Part shown: positions 61,422-64,000 of the stretch, piece by piece
Numbering within the stretch: position 1 is the first letter of the stretch
How the letters are laid out: the number at the start of each line of letters is the position of its first letter
NCBI GenBank assembly: GCA_963666285.1
Contig: OY762711.1
Length of the DNA stretch: 64,000 nucleotides
DNA from: Sedimentisphaerales bacterium
Lineage (GTDB): Bacteria > Planctomycetota > Phycisphaerae > Sedimentisphaerales > SM23-30
Direction: 5' to 3' (one strand)
Made by a program: the position numbers and the translations under genes
Notes under the pieces: generated by a model
Databases searched by the model: none
Told to the model about the DNA's origin: nothing
Seen by the model: the letters and a program-made list of their open reading frames with translations, nothing else

Positions 61422-61931
61422 TTATGCTGTTGTTGGCGGAGTATATACTCTCTGCCCAAGTTCACGATTGATCATGAATAGGGTAGAGCCTTCATTTCCG
61501 GCCATTTTAATCTCCTGGATTATCGTTTTGGCCGTAGCCTCTTCTTCCACCTGCTCATTGATAAACCACTGGAGGAAATTCTGGCTGGCGAAATCTTTTT
61601 CCTCGATTGCCAGTGCCATAAGATCGTTTATCCATCCGGTAACCTTACGTTCGTGGTTAAGGGCTTCTTCAAACAGTTTCAATGCTGTGCCAAAATCTTT
61701 TGGCGGCTCATCGATCTGCAGCAGTTGTACGTCTCCATCTCTTTCGATCAGATAATCATACATCTTAAAAGAGTGGAACATCTCTTCCTGGTACTGGATT
61801 CTGAACCAGTTAGCGAATCCGGGCAGATCAATACTTTCGGCATAAGCACTCATGGCCAGGTAGAGATACGCTGAATACATCTCACGATTTATCTGCCCGT
61901 TAAAAGCTGCATTCATCTTTTTACTTATCAT
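61422..61931 (-). CDS. ftnA: Non-heme ferritin
   Basis: N.QINRE.YSAYLY, Q..EE..H, HE..VT and FLQWF..EQVEEE; RBS GGAG before MISKKM. Confidence 0.95.
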   Translation of the reverse strand: MISKKMNAAFNGQINREMYSAYLYLAMSAYAESIDLPGFANWFRIQYQEEMFHSFKMYDYLIERDGDVQLLQIDEPPKDFGTALKLFEEALNHERKVTGWINDLMALAIEEKDFASQNFLQWFINEQVEEEATAKTIIQEIKMAGNEGSTLFMINRELGQRVYTPPTTA

Positions 61932-62026
61932 AATTATACTCTCCATTAAGTTAAAGCGTGCCGGGAAAGGTACTACTGCTGGTTTCGGTCCCGGCAAAAA
62001 ACGGTATGTTTTCAGTTACATAATGC

Positions 62027-62413
62027 TTAGCTGGTAGCCCATAGGCCGTGCAGGTTGCATAGTTCCCTTACCTTTGGAGCTGTAGAGCATTTGCCGCCGC
62101 AGTTGAACTCGACAACAGGTTCGTCGCCCGGGTTGAGATATTTACGGGAGATGCCTTTTTCACCGATAACTTCAATCCACTGGATCCAGTGTTCTTCGGT
62201 CATTGGATGAAGGGTTGAGCCTACAGTAACTTTCATCCCGGTTTCTGTCATTTCAACTACAGGGATATGTTTTTCTTTAGCCGCGTCAACGGTGTTTTCG
62301 GTCAATTCTGTCATATCCTGGCCGCAGCATTGGATTGCAGGGCCCTGGTTGTCCAGCATTTCGATTACATTTCCACAGATTTCACATTTGTAAATAGTTG
62401 CAGGTACTGCCAT
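62027..62413 (-). CDS. dfx: Desulfoferrodoxin (superoxide reductase)
   Basis: YKC..CGN, CCG..M, EKH.P, HPM.EEH.I.WI and CNLHGLW. Confidence 0.96.
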   Translation of the reverse strand: MAVPATIYKCEICGNVIEMLDNQGPAIQCCGQDMTELTENTVDAAKEKHIPVVEMTETGMKVTVGSTLHPMTEEHWIQWIEVIGEKGISRKYLNPGDEPVVEFNCGGKCSTAPKVRELCNLHGLWATS

Positions 62414-62682
62414 TTTGTACTCCTTGGTAATAAAACATTACATTTTAACAGGTTATATCGCACGTTGCGACCAAACCCCATCACAAATATATTATACGTT
62501 GGCCCGGTTAAAAGTCAAACCTGGTAAGATATTATTTTTTATCATCTGCCTGCGAAAAGGTGAAATATATGTAACCTAGGCAGGTTTTGCTTGTATAAAA
62601 TGAGGTTTTGGCTTATTGTGATATTGTGGTTGATTTATGTTAACTAAATGATGATATTTTGTTGACTTAGAAAGGTTTTCTT

Positions 62683-64000
62683 ATGGTTCGACATCTTAAG
62701 TGTGAAGCAGCAAAGATAATTTTACTGGTGTTTATATTGTTGGGAGTATCATCATGTAGTAAGGAAAAAGAAGTTATTGGCATAACTCCTGGAGATTTAA
62801 TCAAAAAAGTAACCGATGTTTATGTCTCAATGAATACCTTTAAGGCTGAAGGTACTATCATAACCAGTTCTAAAATCGAAGGTGAAGATATTAAAATTGA
62901 ACAACCTTTTAAGATACTTATCCAAAAACCAGATCATTACCTTATTGTAAATGGTATTTTTGATAACAAACATGACATAATTGATTCAGGTGCTGTCTGG
63001 AACGATGGTTCCGGTGTGTCTGGGTATCAAGGTTATAATAATACCTACAAGAAACTGAAAAATCAAAACCGCTCTGTTGGTTGTATCAACATGGCCTTGA
63101 TTCCTGTTCCTTGCCTGATGATAGATGGTTTTTTCCATACGAAGCCTTTTTCAATGTTGAAGACTTCCGAAATCACCGGCATTGAAACCATCAATAGCCA
63201 GAAATGTTATGTTCTGGCCGGTGCTTCCGTAATATGGAAAAAAGAAACTTTTTGGATATCGACTAAAGATTATACAATTTTGCAGTATTATCATTCTCTT
63301 GAAAACAATCTACCTGAGGAAATGAATTACCTGAAAAACAGTAAGAATGAAACTCTTTCCGGATTTGACCTGCAGAATCTCAAAGGTGGTGTTACAGTTC
63401 TTTATAAAACGATATCATCGCCGGAGCTTACCAAAGATGATTTTCGGTTCGATTTACCAGAAGGCGCTGTCTTGGAAGATTCCGAAGCAGTAGATTCTGA
63501 TAAACAGACAGAGCTCTCTGAGAAACTTGATATTACTGAACCTGTAGGTGATATTACTCCCGATAGTGACATAGCCGCTGATCAGCTGATTGAAAAAGTT
63601 CGTTATGCTTACGAGACCATCCAAACATATAAATCTGAAGGGGAAATTGTTAGAAAGAGTCTGTCTGATGGGAAAATAGCCGAATTTAAAACGAAGTTTA
63701 CCATGAAACTGAAGAAGCCAAACAGTTATCTTATTTCCTGGGAAATGGATATGGGCTTTATGCCTGGTTTTACTCAAACAGGAGCAGTATGGAATAACGA
63801 TTTTCAATCGTATTTATTTATGGGAATTGCGGGGCAAAATAAGTATTATAAAATGAAAAGCGATGAAATGGCATTAGCTTCAGCAACTGGAGTGTCGTCA
63901 GGGGTAGCTTTTAACGTTCCTATGAGATTTCTTCAAGTTGAGAATGACAGCAGGCCACTATTTTCACAATTGACTGATCCGGTTGTACTTGGTACTCAAG
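62683..64000 (+). CDS. Lipoprotein with tandem LolA-like domains (runs off the window; absent from the ORF track)
   Basis: Manual translation MVRHLKCEAAKIILLVFILLGVSSC (lipobox-like). Two repeats of LI.KV...Y.....K.EG.I ... F....KP..YLI ... GAVWN; RBS GAAAGG. Confidence 0.8.
   Translation, partial: MVRHLKCEAAKIILLVFILLGVSSCSKEKEVIGITPGDLIKKVTDVYVSMNTFKAEGTIITSSKIEGEDIKIEQPFKILIQKPDHYLIVNGIFDNKHDIIDSGAVWNDGSGVSGYQGYNNTYKKLKNQNRSVGCINMALIPVPCLMIDGFFHTKPFSMLKTSEITGIETINSQKCYVLAGASVIWKKETFWISTKDYTILQYYHSLENNLPEEMNYLKNSKNETLSGFDLQNLKGGVTVLYKTISSPELTKDDFRFDLPEGAVLEDSEAVDSDKQTELSEKLDITEPVGDITPDSDIAADQLIEKVRYAYETIQTYKSEGEIVRKSLSDGKIAEFKTKFTMKLKKPNSYLISWEMDMGFMPGFTQTGAVWNNDFQSYLFMGIAGQNKYYKMKSDEMALASATGVSSGVAFNVPMRFLQVENDSRPLFSQLTDPVVLGTQ

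Overview
Chromosomal window from an anaerobe-like bacterium, most plausibly Planctomycetota, class Phycisphaerae. This is an inference from the short 16S V3 region, the unlinked 16S gene and the PEP-CTERM/GLUG/dockerin-like secreted proteins. It opens with the 3' part of a stand-alone 16S rRNA gene that terminates and converges on dnaA, followed by a DnaA-box cluster, tsaD and alr. The rest mixes housekeeping genes (tRNA-Leu, tRNA-Gln, system II cytochrome c biogenesis, a two-domain glycogen debranching-like enzyme, PolX, glgP, ferritin, desulfoferrodoxin) with accessory genes (GH92, PL9, GLUG and PEP-CTERM surface proteins, a TPR/AAA pair). No transposase, integrase, CRISPR array or prophage gene was recognised. 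The most notable unexplained items are: (1) a ~145-190 bp structured non-coding element in three same-orientation copies, with G-U-compatible variation pointing to a minus-strand RNA; (2) two promoter-to-terminator units with no credible CDS (candidate sRNAs); (3) a patch of gene fragments at 32.4-34.8 kb (flagellin C-terminus, DUF6088-like antitoxin N-terminus with its operator, trypsin-like N-terminus); (4) a TPR-AAA ATPase coupled to a membrane-anchored TPR protein; (5) several enzymes with altered catalytic motifs. All family calls come from motif recognition by eye, not from database searches.
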